Shown: positions 16,392 to 26,275, counted from the stretch's first letter. The stretch is 32,000 bases of DNA from Breznakia sp. PF5-3 (GCF_029504745.1 NZ_JAQFIQ010000009.1:31696-63695), one strand, 5' to 3'. Numbers and translations: made by a program. The notes: generated from the sequence alone by a model not told the origin.

Positions 16392-16703
16392 ATGTACGCA
16401 ATTATTGAAACAGGTGGAAAACAAATCAAAGTAGAAGAAGGTCAATCGATCTTTGTTGAAAAATTAGATGTTAATGAAGGTGATAAAATCACTTTTGATA
16501 AAGTTGTTTTGTACTCAAATAAGACAACAAAAATTGGTTCTCCATATGTAAAGGGAGCTAAGGTAAATGCTACTGTTGAAAAGCAAGGTAAAAGTAAAAA
16601 AATTGTTGTTTACAAATACAAAGCTAAAAAAGGTAGTTCACACCGTAAACAAGGACACCGTCAACCATATACAAAACTTGTTATAAACTCAATCGAGGGA
16701 TAG
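16392..16703 (+). CDS. rplU: 50S ribosomal protein L21
   Basis: [18 protein letters not shown]..., AAAGGAGGTG SD, 103 aa. Confidence 0.97.
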   Translation: MYAIIETGGKQIKVEEGQSIFVEKLDVNEGDKITFDKVVLYSNKTTKIGSPYVKGAKVNATVEKQGKSKKIVVYKYKAKKGSSHRKQGHRQPYTKLVINSIEG

Positions 16704-16706
16704 TTT

Positions 16707-17021
16707 ATGGTGAAGGTAGAAGTTTGTAAGAAGGCAGATTATATTTCACGTATTACTATTACAGGACATGCAAATTCTGCAGAATATGGGCAAGATTTGG
16801 TATGTGCAGGAGTTTCTAGTATAGCAGTTGGAATATTAAATACTTTAGATGAACTTTGTACAAACATGTGTATCTTAGAAATGAATGATGCACACATTTA
16901 TATTGAAGTTAAAACTGATGATAAAACAGTTCAAACAATATTAAAAACTCTTTATATACAGTTAAAAACAATGACTGAATCATATAAGGAGTATATAGAA
17001 ATTATGAAAGTAGAGGTGTAA
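16707..17021 (+). CDS. prp: Ribosomal-processing cysteine protease Prp (YsxB family)
   Basis: Lies between rplU and rpmA. Contains GHANSAEYGQDLVCAGVSS, which carries the catalytic His/Cys pair. Confidence 0.9.
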   Translation: MVKVEVCKKADYISRITITGHANSAEYGQDLVCAGVSSIAVGILNTLDELCTNMCILEMNDAHIYIEVKTDDKTVQTILKTLYIQLKTMTESYKEYIEIMKVEV

Positions 17022-17024
17022 ACC

Positions 17025-17309
17025 ATGAAATTTAGTTTAAATATTCAATTATTCGCATCGAAAAAAGGGGTTGGATCTACAAAAAATGGTCGTGACTCAA
17101 AGTCTAAAAGACTAGGTGCTAAACTTGCTGATGGACAACATGCAAATGCTGGAGCGATTATCTACCGTCAACGTGGGACAAAGATTCACCCAGGTAAAAA
17201 CGTTGGAAGAGGTGGGGATGATACATTATTCGCTACTGCTAATGGAATTGTAAAATTCGAACGTTTGGGTAAAAAGAAAACAAAAGTTTCTGTATATCCA
17301 CAAGCTTAA
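17025..17309 (+). CDS. rpmA: 50S ribosomal protein L27 with an N-terminal propeptide
   Basis: [10 protein letters not shown]|[15 protein letters not shown]...[23 protein letters not shown]. This is the Firmicute-type extension removed by Prp. Confidence 0.97.
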   Translation: MKFSLNIQLFASKKGVGSTKNGRDSKSKRLGAKLADGQHANAGAIIYRQRGTKIHPGKNVGRGGDDTLFATANGIVKFERLGKKKTKVSVYPQA

Positions 17310-17313
17310 TTAT

Positions 17314-17343
17314 AAATCCTCACATCAGTTGTGAGGATTTTTT
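17314..17343 (+). terminator. Rho-independent terminator after rpmA
   Basis: AATCCTCACA (17315-17324) pairs with TGTGAGGATT (17330-17339) around a TCAGT loop, followed by a T-run. Confidence 0.85.
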
Positions 17344-17374
17344 CACTAATATAGATAAATGAATCGAGGTAGTT

Positions 17375-18658
17375 ATGCAATTTATAGATCGAGTTAAATT
17401 AAAATTAAAAGCAGGTAATGGAGGCAATGGTATGTCTTCATTTCGTCGTGAAAAATATGTTCCTTTTGGTGGGCCAAGTGGTGGTGATGGAGGAAGAGGA
17501 GGCAATGTGATTTTTGCCGTTGATGAAGGAAAATCAACCCTTCTAGATTTACGATATAATCGTAAAATTGTTGCTGCTGATGGTGGTAAAGGAAAAACAA
17601 AAAAAATGCATGGGGCTACTGGACAAGATTTTGTGGTTAGAGTTCCTCTTGGTACCATTGTTCGTGATTTAGAGAGTGGTCATATTTTAGCAGACCTAAC
17701 CAGAAAAGATCAACAGGCAGTTATTTGTACTGGTGGGAAAGGTGGTCGTGGGAATTTTAGATTTAAAACTTCCAAAAATACGGCACCCACATATTCTGAA
17801 AAAGGCGGTTTGGGAGAGCAAATAGAAGTAGAAGTAGAGCTTAAGGTGCTTGCCGATGTTGGGTTAGTTGGGTTTCCTTCAGTTGGTAAAAGCACACTTT
17901 TATCAGTTGTTAGTAAAGCAAGACCTGAGATTGCAGACTATCATTTCACAACGATTCAACCTAATTTAGGTATGGTACAAGTTGCTGATGGTAGAAGTTT
18001 TGTAATGGCAGATTTACCTGGTTTAATTGAAGGTGCTGCTGAAGGAAAAGGATTAGGACATCAGTTTTTACGTCATATTGAGCGATGTAGAGTAATTATT
18101 CATGTGATTGATATGGGGGCACAAGACGGAAGAGATCCACTTTCAGACTATACAATTATTAACAATGAATTAGAAACTTATCAATATCGTTTGTTAGAGA
18201 GACCACAAATTGTAATTGCCAATAAAATGGATTTGGATGATGCACAAGAAAATCTTAAGCGTTTTAAAGAAGCATATCCAGATGTTGAAGTTTTTGAAAC
18301 AATGACAATGATAGGAGAAGGTTTGGATCCTGTATTATATCGTGCTGCAGATTTACTTGATGTAACACCAGCTTTTCCTTTATATGATGAGGTTGAAGAG
18401 ACGGAAGGTGTATTATATAAATTCGAACCTGAAAAACCAGCCTTTGAAGTTCACAATCTAGGAAATGGTCGTTGGATGTTAGATGGCGATGAAATTGAAA
18501 ATGCATATCGCATGGCAACATTAGACACTACAGAAGGAGAGCAACGGTTTGCTCGTAAAATGAGAGTTTTGGGTGTAGAACAGGCTTTGCGTGATGCAGG
18601 TTGTCAAGATGGAGATACTGTAAGTATCTGTGATTTCGAATTTGAATTTGTTGATTAA
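17375..18658 (+). CDS. obg: GTPase Obg/CgtA
   Basis: Gly-rich Obg fold (GGNGMSSFRREKYVPFGGPSGGDGGRGG). G-motifs GFPSVGKSTLL, DLPGLIEGA, NKMD. C-terminal OCT domain. Confidence 0.95.
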   Translation: MQFIDRVKLKLKAGNGGNGMSSFRREKYVPFGGPSGGDGGRGGNVIFAVDEGKSTLLDLRYNRKIVAADGGKGKTKKMHGATGQDFVVRVPLGTIVRDLESGHILADLTRKDQQAVICTGGKGGRGNFRFKTSKNTAPTYSEKGGLGEQIEVEVELKVLADVGLVGFPSVGKSTLLSVVSKARPEIADYHFTTIQPNLGMVQVADGRSFVMADLPGLIEGAAEGKGLGHQFLRHIERCRVIIHVIDMGAQDGRDPLSDYTIINNELETYQYRLLERPQIVIANKMDLDDAQENLKRFKEAYPDVEVFETMTMIGEGLDPVLYRAADLLDVTPAFPLYDEVEETEGVLYKFEPEKPAFEVHNLGNGRWMLDGDEIENAYRMATLDTTEGEQRFARKMRVLGVEQALRDAGCQDGDTVSICDFEFEFVD

Positions 18659-18688
18659 AAAACCATAGTTTTCTATGGTTTTGTTTTG
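18659..18688. terminator. Bidirectional terminator shared by obg (+) and the GNAT gene (-)
   Basis: AAAACCATAG (18659-18668) pairs with CTATGGTTTT (18673-18682) around a TTTT loop. T-runs follow on both strands. The hairpin contains the GNAT stop codon. Confidence 0.75.
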
Positions 18689-19110
18689 TTATACCAATAG
18701 TATACATTTTTATTTTCTGTATGCAGTTCACCACCCAATTTTTGATATAGCTTATTTGCTGCAGTATTATCTTCTTGGGTTATTAAAAAAGTATAATGCA
18801 TATTCGCTAATTTTGCATCAGCTAATGCCATTTCAACCAAGCGTGAGGCAATGTGCTTTCGTTGGTAGCTCTCTTGTACAAACACATGGTAAATCATCAT
18901 CATATCATTACCATTGTCCATTCTTGGTAAGACATAAGCAAGTACATAACCAGCAGCGATATCATTATCCAAACAAGCATATACGAAAATAAAAGGATTG
19001 TTAAGAATATCGTTAGCTTTATTTGAGGTTATTTTTTGATTTCGAAAAGCTTCTACAATTGCCTGAACTTTATATGTATCTTTCTTATTTAATTTTTCAA
19101 ATATCAACAT
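18673..19110 (-). CDS. GNAT-family N-acetyltransferase
   Basis: 145 aa with an acetyl-CoA-binding-type segment VQESYQRKHIASRLVEMAL...NTAANKLYQKLGG. AGGAG SD on the - strand. Confidence 0.8.
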   Translation of the reverse strand: MLIFEKLNKKDTYKVQAIVEAFRNQKITSNKANDILNNPFIFVYACLDNDIAAGYVLAYVLPRMDNGNDMMMIYHVFVQESYQRKHIASRLVEMALADAKLANMHYTFLITQEDNTAANKLYQKLGGELHTENKNVYYWYNKTKP

Positions 19111-19133
19111 AGATAACTCCTTTTTATAATATT

Positions 19134-19162
19134 ATTATACGAAATTATTTATTATTGGACAA
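19134..19162 (-). promoter_or_regulatory. Candidate sigma-A promoter of the GNAT gene
   Basis: On the - strand: TTGTCC (19162-19157), 17-nt spacer, TATAAT (19139-19134). Confidence 0.45.
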
Positions 19163-19217
19163 ATTATTAAGCTTATGTAATTTTGCAGATAAGAATATGA
19201 ATCGATAGTGTCTATTG

Positions 19218-19226
19218 TGCTATAAT
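19218..19226 (+). promoter_or_regulatory. Extended -10 element (TGCTATAAT) immediately upstream of ybeY
   Basis: TGnTATAAT at 19218-19226. Its last base is 7 nt before ATG 19233. Confidence 0.4.
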
Positions 19227-19232
19227 ATTAAT

Positions 19233-19682
19233 ATGGAAATAAATATCATTAACGAATATGCTTTTACTTTCTTATATAAATCAGAGTTTGAAAAGATTTT
19301 AAAACGCACCTTAAAAATTTTGAATAAAGAAGATATTTATGCAATATCTTGTATTTTTGTGGATGATGAAAAAATTCATGAAATTAATAAAAAATATCGT
19401 AACATTGATCGCTCTACTGATGTGATTAGTTTTGCTTTATTGGATGATACAAGTTTTTTGTTACCAGAAATGGAAGAAATTGAATTGGGCGATATTTTTA
19501 TTAGCGTTGATACATGCAAGCGCCAAGCGGAAGAATATGAACATAGTTTTAAACGGGAAATATGTTTTTTGTTTACACATGGGATTTTACATTTGTTTGG
19601 CTATGATCATATGAATTCAGAAGATGAGAAAGAAATGATTAGGCTTCAAAAGGAGATTCTTGATGAAATCGATTTGGTATAA
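19233..19682 (+). CDS. ybeY: rRNA maturation endoribonuclease YbeY
   Basis: Zinc motif HGILHLFGYDH. The ORF track starts at TTG 19215, but that codon lies inside the putative -10 region, so ATG 19233 (MEINIINEY...) is preferred. Neither start has an SD. Confidence 0.9.
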   Translation: MEINIINEYAFTFLYKSEFEKILKRTLKILNKEDIYAISCIFVDDEKIHEINKKYRNIDRSTDVISFALLDDTSFLLPEMEEIELGDIFISVDTCKRQAEEYEHSFKREICFLFTHGILHLFGYDHMNSEDEKEMIRLQKEILDEIDLV

Positions 19683-20004
19683 ATTTTGTTGTGCTTTTCG
19701 TGGCGTGGGTTTAGCAATAAAGGATAAAAGTATAGCGTTGCAATTGTTGTTGATGTGCATCGTTTTATTCTTTTTTAGTTTTTTTTCTTTATCAACGATA
19801 GAATGGTGTGTGATTATTGGCTGTTGTGGCTTTGTTATTGTTGTTGAAGTAGGGAATACATGCATAGAAAGGATTCTGGATTTTATCCAACCCAAGAAAG
19901 ATGAAAAAGTACGGTATATAAAAGATATGAGTGCAGGAATGGTATTAATAGCGTGTATTTTTGCACTTGTCATAGGATTGTTCATATTAGGAGGTAAAAT
20001 ATGA
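19663..20004 (+). CDS. dgkA: Diacylglycerol / undecaprenol kinase, DgkA family
   Basis: Small three-TM protein with NTCIERILDFI...KDMSAGMVL. GGAG (19652-19655) lies 7 nt before ATG 19663. The ORF track uses TTG 19660. Overlaps the ybeY 3' end. Confidence 0.85.
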   Translation: MKSIWYKFCCAFRGVGLAIKDKSIALQLLLMCIVLFFFSFFSLSTIEWCVIIGCCGFVIVVEVGNTCIERILDFIQPKKDEKVRYIKDMSAGMVLIACIFALVIGLFILGGKI

Positions 20005-20138
20005 TTAATGGATTTCACAATAATTCAATAGAATATTTGAAAATTTTAGATTTTTTAGAGAATACAAAAGTAAAAAATATAAAAACTTTTGGGTTTTCGT
20101 TTGATATATTAAAAGGAGTACAACATCATGAGTTTTAA
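20001..20138 (+). CDS. Hypothetical 45-aa sORF overlapping the dgkA stop and the era start
   Basis: Hand translation gives MINGFHNNSIEYLKILDFLENTKVKNIKTFGFSFDILKGVQHHEF. GGAGGT lies 5 nt upstream, there is an ATGA overlap with the dgkA stop, and the sORF ends 11 nt inside era. No recognisable family. Confidence 0.25.
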   Translation: MINGFHNNSIEYLKILDFLENTKVKNIKTFGFSFDILKGVQHHEF

Positions 20139-21024
20139 ATCAGGTTTTATTGCCATTATTGGACGTCCTAATTCGGGTAAGAGTACATTGTTGAATACGC
20201 TTATGCAAACAAAGCTTGCCATTACATCAGATAAACCACAAACAACGCGGAATAATATTTTAGGAATTTTAAACAATGAGGCGTATCAACTTGTTTTTGT
20301 TGATACACCAGGTGTACACAAACCACGTACAGCGTTGGGTAAAAATATGAATAAAGGTGTATATACTTCAATGCAAGATGCGGATATTATTTATTTAGTT
20401 GTTGATGGTACAAAAGCGTTTGGATCAGGAGATGATTTTTTATTAAATAGAATTCAAAATACTCAAACCAATGTGTTTTTAGTATTAAATAAGGTTGATA
20501 GTTTGACAAAAGAAGAATTGATAATGAATTTAGAACTTTGGCAATCCAAATTCGATTTCAAAGAAATCATTCCTATTTCTGCATTGAAAAATGATAATGT
20601 GGACGAGTTGCTAGAAACAACTTTACAATATCTAGAGGATGGTGCTCAATTTTACCCTGTAGATATGATTAGTGATAGAAAAGATGATTTTCGTGTGAAA
20701 GAAATTATTCGCGAAAAAGTGTTGTTTAATACAAGAGAAGAAATTCCACACGGAGTAGCTGTCATCATTGAACAGTATGAAGAAATGGATAATCATTTTG
20801 ATATACAAGCTTTGATCATTGTTGAGCGGAAATCTCAAAAGGGAATTCTGATTGGAAAACAAGGAGCAATGATTAAAAAAATCCGTTTATCTGCACAAAG
20901 AGAATTGAAATCCTTATTACATAAAAAAGTGAATTTAGAACTTTATGTCAGAATTGAAGAAGATTGGCGAAATAAAGAAAATAAATTAAATGAGTTAGGA
21001 TATAAGGAATACGATAATGAATGA
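20128..21024 (+). CDS. era: GTPase Era
   Basis: G-motifs GRPNSGKSTL, DTPG, NKVD. C-terminal KH domain. AAAGGAG SD. Confidence 0.95.
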   Translation: MSFKSGFIAIIGRPNSGKSTLLNTLMQTKLAITSDKPQTTRNNILGILNNEAYQLVFVDTPGVHKPRTALGKNMNKGVYTSMQDADIIYLVVDGTKAFGSGDDFLLNRIQNTQTNVFLVLNKVDSLTKEELIMNLELWQSKFDFKEIIPISALKNDNVDELLETTLQYLEDGAQFYPVDMISDRKDDFRVKEIIREKVLFNTREEIPHGVAVIIEQYEEMDNHFDIQALIIVERKSQKGILIGKQGAMIKKIRLSAQRELKSLLHKKVNLELYVRIEEDWRNKENKLNELGYKEYDNE

Positions 21025-21763
21025 GAATAGTGAGGTTATTATTCTTAAAAATAGTGATTATAGAGATGCGGATGCAATTTTAAATGTACTTAGTTTGGAA
21101 TATGGAAAAATGAGTTTTGTTGCAAGGGGTATTCGAAAACCGAAAAGCAAAAATGCCAATGCTTGTAATTTATTTAATATCAGCCGTTTTCATTATAATT
21201 ATCAAGAACAGAGAACTATGCAAAGTTTGAAAGTTGCAGAATCACTTTTGAATTTTCACAAGATAAGAGAAGATTTATTAAAGCAAAGCATTGCTGGAGT
21301 AATGGTAGAAATGATTGATAAAGTGGATATCGATGATGTGGAACATGCATATCATCTACTAAAGCAAAGTTTATTATATTTGGAAAAAACAGATAATATA
21401 CTATGTTTATTTGGTTTGTTTGTGGCAAATGTTTGTACAATGTGTGGAATTACGCCATATGTAGATGGATGTGTACATTGTAAACGAACAAATGACTTAG
21501 CGAGTATTTCTTTAATTGATGGTGGATTTGTATGTGTGAATTGCATTGATTCTGCTATTCACGTGAAAAAAGAACGTTCTACCTTAAAGTTTTTCCGTTT
21601 GTTTAATAAAGCAAAAATTGAACAATTTGATCTTTTAGAAGATATCACGCCATGCAATTATCAGGATATTGAAGATTTGTTACTTTTTTTTAATGAATAT
21701 AGTGGTATTCATCTAAAAAGTTTAAAGTTTCTTAAACACTTAGTTGAATTAGAAAATGGGTAA
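21017..21763 (+). CDS. recO: DNA repair protein RecO
   Basis: 8-nt overlap with era (ATGAATGA). OB-fold N-terminus and a Cys4 zinc finger CVHCKR...FVCVNC. Confidence 0.9.
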   Translation: MNENSEVIILKNSDYRDADAILNVLSLEYGKMSFVARGIRKPKSKNANACNLFNISRFHYNYQEQRTMQSLKVAESLLNFHKIREDLLKQSIAGVMVEMIDKVDIDDVEHAYHLLKQSLLYLEKTDNILCLFGLFVANVCTMCGITPYVDGCVHCKRTNDLASISLIDGGFVCVNCIDSAIHVKKERSTLKFFRLFNKAKIEQFDLLEDITPCNYQDIEDLLLFFNEYSGIHLKSLKFLKHLVELENG

Positions 21764-21830
21764 AAATGGTATATCTTTTACTCAACTTTAAAAATAGCCC
21801 TTTTGAAACGTTAATTCCATGCTTATTATC

Positions 21831-21859
21831 TTGAATATGTGCGTATTCTATGGTATAAA
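21831..21859 (+). promoter_or_regulatory. Candidate sigma-A promoter of glyQS
   Basis: TTGAAT (21831-21836), 17-nt spacer ending in TGG, TATAAA (21854-21859), giving an extended -10. Confidence 0.45.
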
Positions 21860-21925
21860 TAGTAATAATGTGTATAATAAAAGATAGATTTAAGGATCTG
21901 TTGTTTTAAGGAAAAAGAGGAGCTT

Positions 21926-23302
21926 ATGAACGAGAAAAATTTTGAAAAAGTTGTAGCACATATGAAAAACACTGGATTTGTGTTTCAAGGCAGTGAAATT
22001 TATGGTGGACTTTCAAATACATGGGATTTTGGACCAATAGGGATTGAATTCAAAAATAATATCAAAAATGCATGGTGGAAAAAATTTATTCAAGAAGATC
22101 CAAATAACGTTGGAATCCAAAGTGCTATTTTAATGAACCCTGATGTATGGGTAGCTTCTGGACATGTTGGTGGATTCTCAGATCCACTGATGGATTGTAA
22201 GAAATGTAAATCAAGATTTAGAGCAGATCAATTAATTGAAAATTTTTCAAATAATGAAGTCAATCCAAGTGGCTGGAGTAAAGATGAGATGAAGGCATAT
22301 ATTGACGAAAATAAAATTGCATGTCCTCATTGTGGGGCGCATGATTTTACTGATATTAGAGAATTTAATTTAATGTTTAAAACATATCAAGGGGTAGTCG
22401 AAGATAGTAAAAGTACGATTTATTTACGTCCAGAGACAGCACAAGGAATGTTTGTGAACTTCAAGAATGTTCAGCGTTCAATGCGTAAGAAATTACCATT
22501 TGGAATTGGACAAATTGGGAAGAGTTTCCGAAATGAAATCACGCCAGGTAACTTTATCTTTCGTACACGCGAATTTGAGCAAATGGAATTGGAATTTTTT
22601 GTAAAGCCAGGTGAGGATTTGAAATGGTACGAATATTATAAAGATTTTTGTATGAACTTTTTAGTATCTATTGGGATACAGAAAGAGAATTTACGTTTGC
22701 GAGAACATGAACAAGACGAATTATCTCACTATTCAAAAGGAACTAGCGATATTGAATATTTATTTTCTTTTGGATGGGGTGAGTTATGGGGAATTGCAGA
22801 TCGAACAGATTTTGATTTGAAATCTCATCAAGATGCTTCAAAGAAAAGTTTGGAGTATCAAGATCCTCAAACAAATGAAAAGTATATTCCGTATTGTATT
22901 GAACCAGCAGTTGGTGTTGAAAGAATGATGCTAGCAGTAATGTGTGATGCATACGAAGAAGAAGCATTGGAAAATGATGAAACACGTACAGTATTGCATT
23001 TACATCCATACTTAGCACCTTATAAAGCATGTATTTTGCCTCTTAGTAAGCAATTGTCTGAGGAAGCAAAAGAATTGTTCGCAAAACTTGCAAGTGATTT
23101 TGCAATTACATATGACGAGGCTGGTAGCATAGGGAAGCGTTATCGCAGACAAGATGAAATTGGTACACCATTTTGTATTACATATGATTTTGATTCCAAA
23201 GAAGATGCATGTGTAACTATTAGAGATCGTGATACGATGAAGCAAGAGCGAGTGAAAATTTCGGAATTAAATGAATATATTAAGCAAAAAATTAATTTTT
23301 AA
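21926..23302 (+). CDS. glyQS: Glycine--tRNA ligase, homodimeric alpha2 type
   Basis: 458 aa. Class II motifs [25 protein letters not shown] and GVERM. AAGAGGAG SD. Confidence 0.95.
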   Translation: MNEKNFEKVVAHMKNTGFVFQGSEIYGGLSNTWDFGPIGIEFKNNIKNAWWKKFIQEDPNNVGIQSAILMNPDVWVASGHVGGFSDPLMDCKKCKSRFRADQLIENFSNNEVNPSGWSKDEMKAYIDENKIACPHCGAHDFTDIREFNLMFKTYQGVVEDSKSTIYLRPETAQGMFVNFKNVQRSMRKKLPFGIGQIGKSFRNEITPGNFIFRTREFEQMELEFFVKPGEDLKWYEYYKDFCMNFLVSIGIQKENLRLREHEQDELSHYSKGTSDIEYLFSFGWGELWGIADRTDFDLKSHQDASKKSLEYQDPQTNEKYIPYCIEPAVGVERMMLAVMCDAYEEEALENDETRTVLHLHPYLAPYKACILPLSKQLSEEAKELFAKLASDFAITYDEAGSIGKRYRRQDEIGTPFCITYDFDSKEDACVTIRDRDTMKQERVKISELNEYIKQKINF

Positions 23303-23315
23303 GAGGTGAAGCAGT

Positions 23316-25055
23316 TTGGCTAGGATACCAGAAAACGTTATCAATGATATCCGTAATCGGGTTGATATTGTAGATATTATTTCACAATATATCCCGTTGA
23401 CAAAAAAAGGAAAAAACTTTGTAGGGGTTTGTCCTTTTCATGATGACCATAATCCTTCGATGAGTGTTTCATCTGATAAGCAAATTTTTCATTGCTTTGT
23501 ATGTGGTGCAGGTGGAAATGCCTTTACCTTTACTCAAAAATATGAAAATATTAGTTTTATCGAAGCTGTAAAAAGAGTTGCCGATCTTGGGAATATCCCT
23601 GTAGATATCGATATTAGCAAGGTTCAGCAACCAATAAATCAAAAATATCAACCGCTTTACAATGTTTTACAAGATACAATAGAGTTTTGTTCCTATGAAT
23701 TACGCAGTGTGGATGGTAAAGCGTTTTATGAATATATTGCAAAGCGTGGTATTCATGATGATATTATTAAGAAATTTGCAATTGGATATAATCCTAGTGG
23801 TAATAAATTATATGACTTTTTAAAGGCTAAAAAGCATAAGGATGAGGATATTGTAGAAACAAATGTTGTTCGTATATCACCACAGGGGATGCAAGATGTT
23901 TTTTATAATCGTTTGATGATACCAATTCATGACAATTATGGAAATCCGGTAGGGTTTACTGCTAGAGTTATTGATGGGTCATCTGATGCAAAATATATTA
24001 ACACCGCAGAAACTTTACTTTACCATAAAGGTAATTTACTTTTTAATTATCATCGTGCTAAGGATGAAGCAAAGCGTTCTGGTAATGTATTAGTAGTGGA
24101 AGGGGCAATGGATGTCTTAGCTTTTGAAAAAGTTGATATAGCAAATTGTGTAGCAACTTTAGGAACAGCAGCAACCATGGAGCAGATAAAACTTTTAAAA
24201 TCGTTAAATGCTAAAGTCTTGTTATTTTACGATGGTGATAATGCAGGACAAGAAGCGACTTATAAGTTTTGTAAATTAGCTCTATCCAAAGGTTTGCATA
24301 TAGAGATTATAAAAAATGATCACGGACTAGATCCAGATGAAATCATTGAAAAATTTGGAAAAAATGAATTAATAGAAGTTAGTAAAAAGACGATTTCATG
24401 GATAGAATTCCTTTTTGAGTTTTTACGAAAAAAATACAATTTGGATAACTATACAGAAAAGAAAGAATATGCGAAAATAATCGGTGATGAGATAAGTCGT
24501 TTGGACGATCAATTCGAGAAAGACAATTACTACCAACGGTTAGCACAGATTAGTGGATTTGACTTGAGTAACGAACAAAATGTTCACCCCATGAAAAAAG
24601 AACGACTCATAAAGTCAGAAGCGAAACTTGTAAAACCAAAGGCCGGCATTAAGAATGCACAGATTCAAATTTTATCCTTAATGCTTATTTCAAAACAGGC
24701 AAATGAACTATTTAGACATGAATTAGGTTTTTTGCCAGAACCGGATTATAATAATTTAGCAATTAATATTATCAATTTCTATCGAAATCATGATACAATA
24801 ATAATTGCAGATTTATTGAATTATATTAATGAAGAAGACGTAAAGAAAGTACTTTTAGAGATAACGAATTGGGAATTAGCGCCGAGTGAATTTCATGAAG
24901 AAGTAATGAGGGAAGCAATTTCGAAAATAAAAAATGGATTAATTTCTGAAAAAATCAATACACTTCTTGAACAGTCAAACCAAATGAGTGATCCGATTCA
25001 AAAGGCTAGGATTGCTGATGAGGTAATAAAGTTGCGAAGACAAAGGGGAGATTGA
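23316..25055 (+). CDS. dnaG: DNA primase
   Basis: TTG start with GAGGTG SD 7 nt upstream. Zinc ribbon [36 protein letters not shown] motifs VVEGAMDV...YDGDNAGQ. Confidence 0.95.
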   Translation: MARIPENVINDIRNRVDIVDIISQYIPLTKKGKNFVGVCPFHDDHNPSMSVSSDKQIFHCFVCGAGGNAFTFTQKYENISFIEAVKRVADLGNIPVDIDISKVQQPINQKYQPLYNVLQDTIEFCSYELRSVDGKAFYEYIAKRGIHDDIIKKFAIGYNPSGNKLYDFLKAKKHKDEDIVETNVVRISPQGMQDVFYNRLMIPIHDNYGNPVGFTARVIDGSSDAKYINTAETLLYHKGNLLFNYHRAKDEAKRSGNVLVVEGAMDVLAFEKVDIANCVATLGTAATMEQIKLLKSLNAKVLLFYDGDNAGQEATYKFCKLALSKGLHIEIIKNDHGLDPDEIIEKFGKNELIEVSKKTISWIEFLFEFLRKKYNLDNYTEKKEYAKIIGDEISRLDDQFEKDNYYQRLAQISGFDLSNEQNVHPMKKERLIKSEAKLVKPKAGIKNAQIQILSLMLISKQANELFRHELGFLPEPDYNNLAINIINFYRNHDTIIIADLLNYINEEDVKKVLLEITNWELAPSEFHEEVMREAISKIKNGLISEKINTLLEQSNQMSDPIQKARIADEVIKLRRQRGD

Positions 25056-25056
25056 T

Positions 25057-26271
25057 ATGGCAAAAGCAAAAGCAAAAGCAAAAAAGATTTCAAAAGAATT
25101 GAAAACATTAGACCAAGTGAAAGAAGGGCTATTAGAAGAATTTCAAAAAGAGGGCAGTATTCAACAAACATTAGTAGATAAGTCAATTGAACATTTAGAT
25201 TTGTCAGATGAGGACACTGAAAATCTTTTCGATTGGTTTAATGACAATGGTATTATCGTAGAAGATGAAGATGATGACATCGATATTGATGAAAAAATTG
25301 TAAAAGAAGGTAAAGAAATTGTTGACATTGAAGATGTTGACGATGTAGAAGATATTGAAGAAGATGAAGATACCAAAAAAGAATTGACTGATTTGGAGTC
25401 TTTGGAGCAATCATTTGCGTCTTCTTCACAAAACAAAGTAAACGATCCAGTGAAGATGTATTTAAAAGAAATTGGGCGTGTAGAATTGTTGGATCCTAAA
25501 GAAGAACCAGAAATAGCGAAACGAATTCAAGAAGGTGATGAAGAAGCTAAGAAAAAGCTTATTGCAGCGAACTTGCGTTTGGTTGTTTCAATCGCTAAAA
25601 AATATGTTGGTCGAGGCATGTTGTTTTTGGATTTGATTCAAGAAGGAAATATGGGGTTAGCAAAAGCGGTTGAAAAATTTGATTATACCAAAGGGTTCAA
25701 ATTTTCTACCTATGCGACATGGTGGATTCGTCAAGCAATCACAAGAGCGATTGCAGACCAAGCACGAACAATTCGTATTCCGGTTCACATGGTTGAGACT
25801 ATTAATAAGTTAACAAGAATTCAAAGACAATTGGTACAAGATTTGGGTAGAGATCCAACAGCTGAAGAAATTGCAGCCAAAATGGATGGTATCACTCCAG
25901 AAAAAGTACGTGATATTCAAAAAATTGCTTTGGAACCAGTTTCTTTAGAAACGCCAATTGGTGAAGAGGATGATTCTCATTTAGGTGACTTTATTGAAGA
26001 TAAAGATGCATTATCACCAGATGAATATGCAAACAATCAATTGCTTAAAGATGAAATCAATATGGTTCTTCAAGGATTGACAGAACGTGAAGAAAAAGTA
26101 TTGCGTCTTCGCTTTGGTTTATATGATGGAAGAACTCGTACGTTAGAGGAAGTTGGTAAAGAATTTAATGTTACGCGTGAGCGTATTCGTCAGATTGAGG
26201 CAAAAGCTTTACGTAAATTAAAGCATCCGACAAGATCTAAACGGTTGAAAGATTTTATGGATAAGCAATAA
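25057..26271 (+). CDS. sigA: Primary RNA polymerase sigma factor (sigma-70/SigA)
   Basis: Acidic N-terminal region. Region 2 [27 protein letters not shown]. Region 4.2 [30 protein letters not shown]. Starts 1 nt after the dnaG stop. Confidence 0.97.
   Translation: MAKAKAKAKKISKELKTLDQVKEGLLEEFQKEGSIQQTLVDKSIEHLDLSDEDTENLFDWFNDNGIIVEDEDDDIDIDEKIVKEGKEIVDIEDVDDVEDIEEDEDTKKELTDLESLEQSFASSSQNKVNDPVKMYLKEIGRVELLDPKEEPEIAKRIQEGDEEAKKKLIAANLRLVVSIAKKYVGRGMLFLDLIQEGNMGLAKAVEKFDYTKGFKFSTYATWWIRQAITRAIADQARTIRIPVHMVETINKLTRIQRQLVQDLGRDPTAEEIAAKMDGITPEKVRDIQKIALEPVSLETPIGEEDDSHLGDFIEDKDALSPDEYANNQLLKDEINMVLQGLTEREEKVLRLRFGLYDGRTRTLEEVGKEFNVTRERIRQIEAKALRKLKHPTRSKRLKDFMDKQ
25060..25083 (+). repeat. Tandem hexanucleotide repeat (GCAAAA)x4 encoding (AK)4 at sigA codons 2-9
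   Basis: Four exact copies read directly from the sequence. Confidence 0.95.
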
Positions 26272-26275
26272 GTTT

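Noticed and set aside
17320-17658. 112-aa minus-strand ORF (and the 17394-17600 ORF) rich in Pro, overlapping the rpmA terminator and the obg 5' end
   Set aside because: It is the antisense shadow of the Gly-rich (GGN-codon) Obg fold, so Pro (CCN) codons arise automatically. It has no SD and is fully contained in a confidently identified gene.
18675-18992. 105-aa plus-strand ORF overlapping the GNAT gene
   Set aside because: The opposite-strand GNAT frame has clear acetyltransferase motifs and an AGGAG SD. The + frame has none and would begin inside the obg terminator.
25161-25436. 91-aa Ser-rich minus-strand ORF within sigA
   Set aside because: It is antisense to the acidic GAA/GAT-rich region of sigA (TTC/ATC read in reverse gives Ser/Ile/Phe runs). 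This is a compositional artefact.
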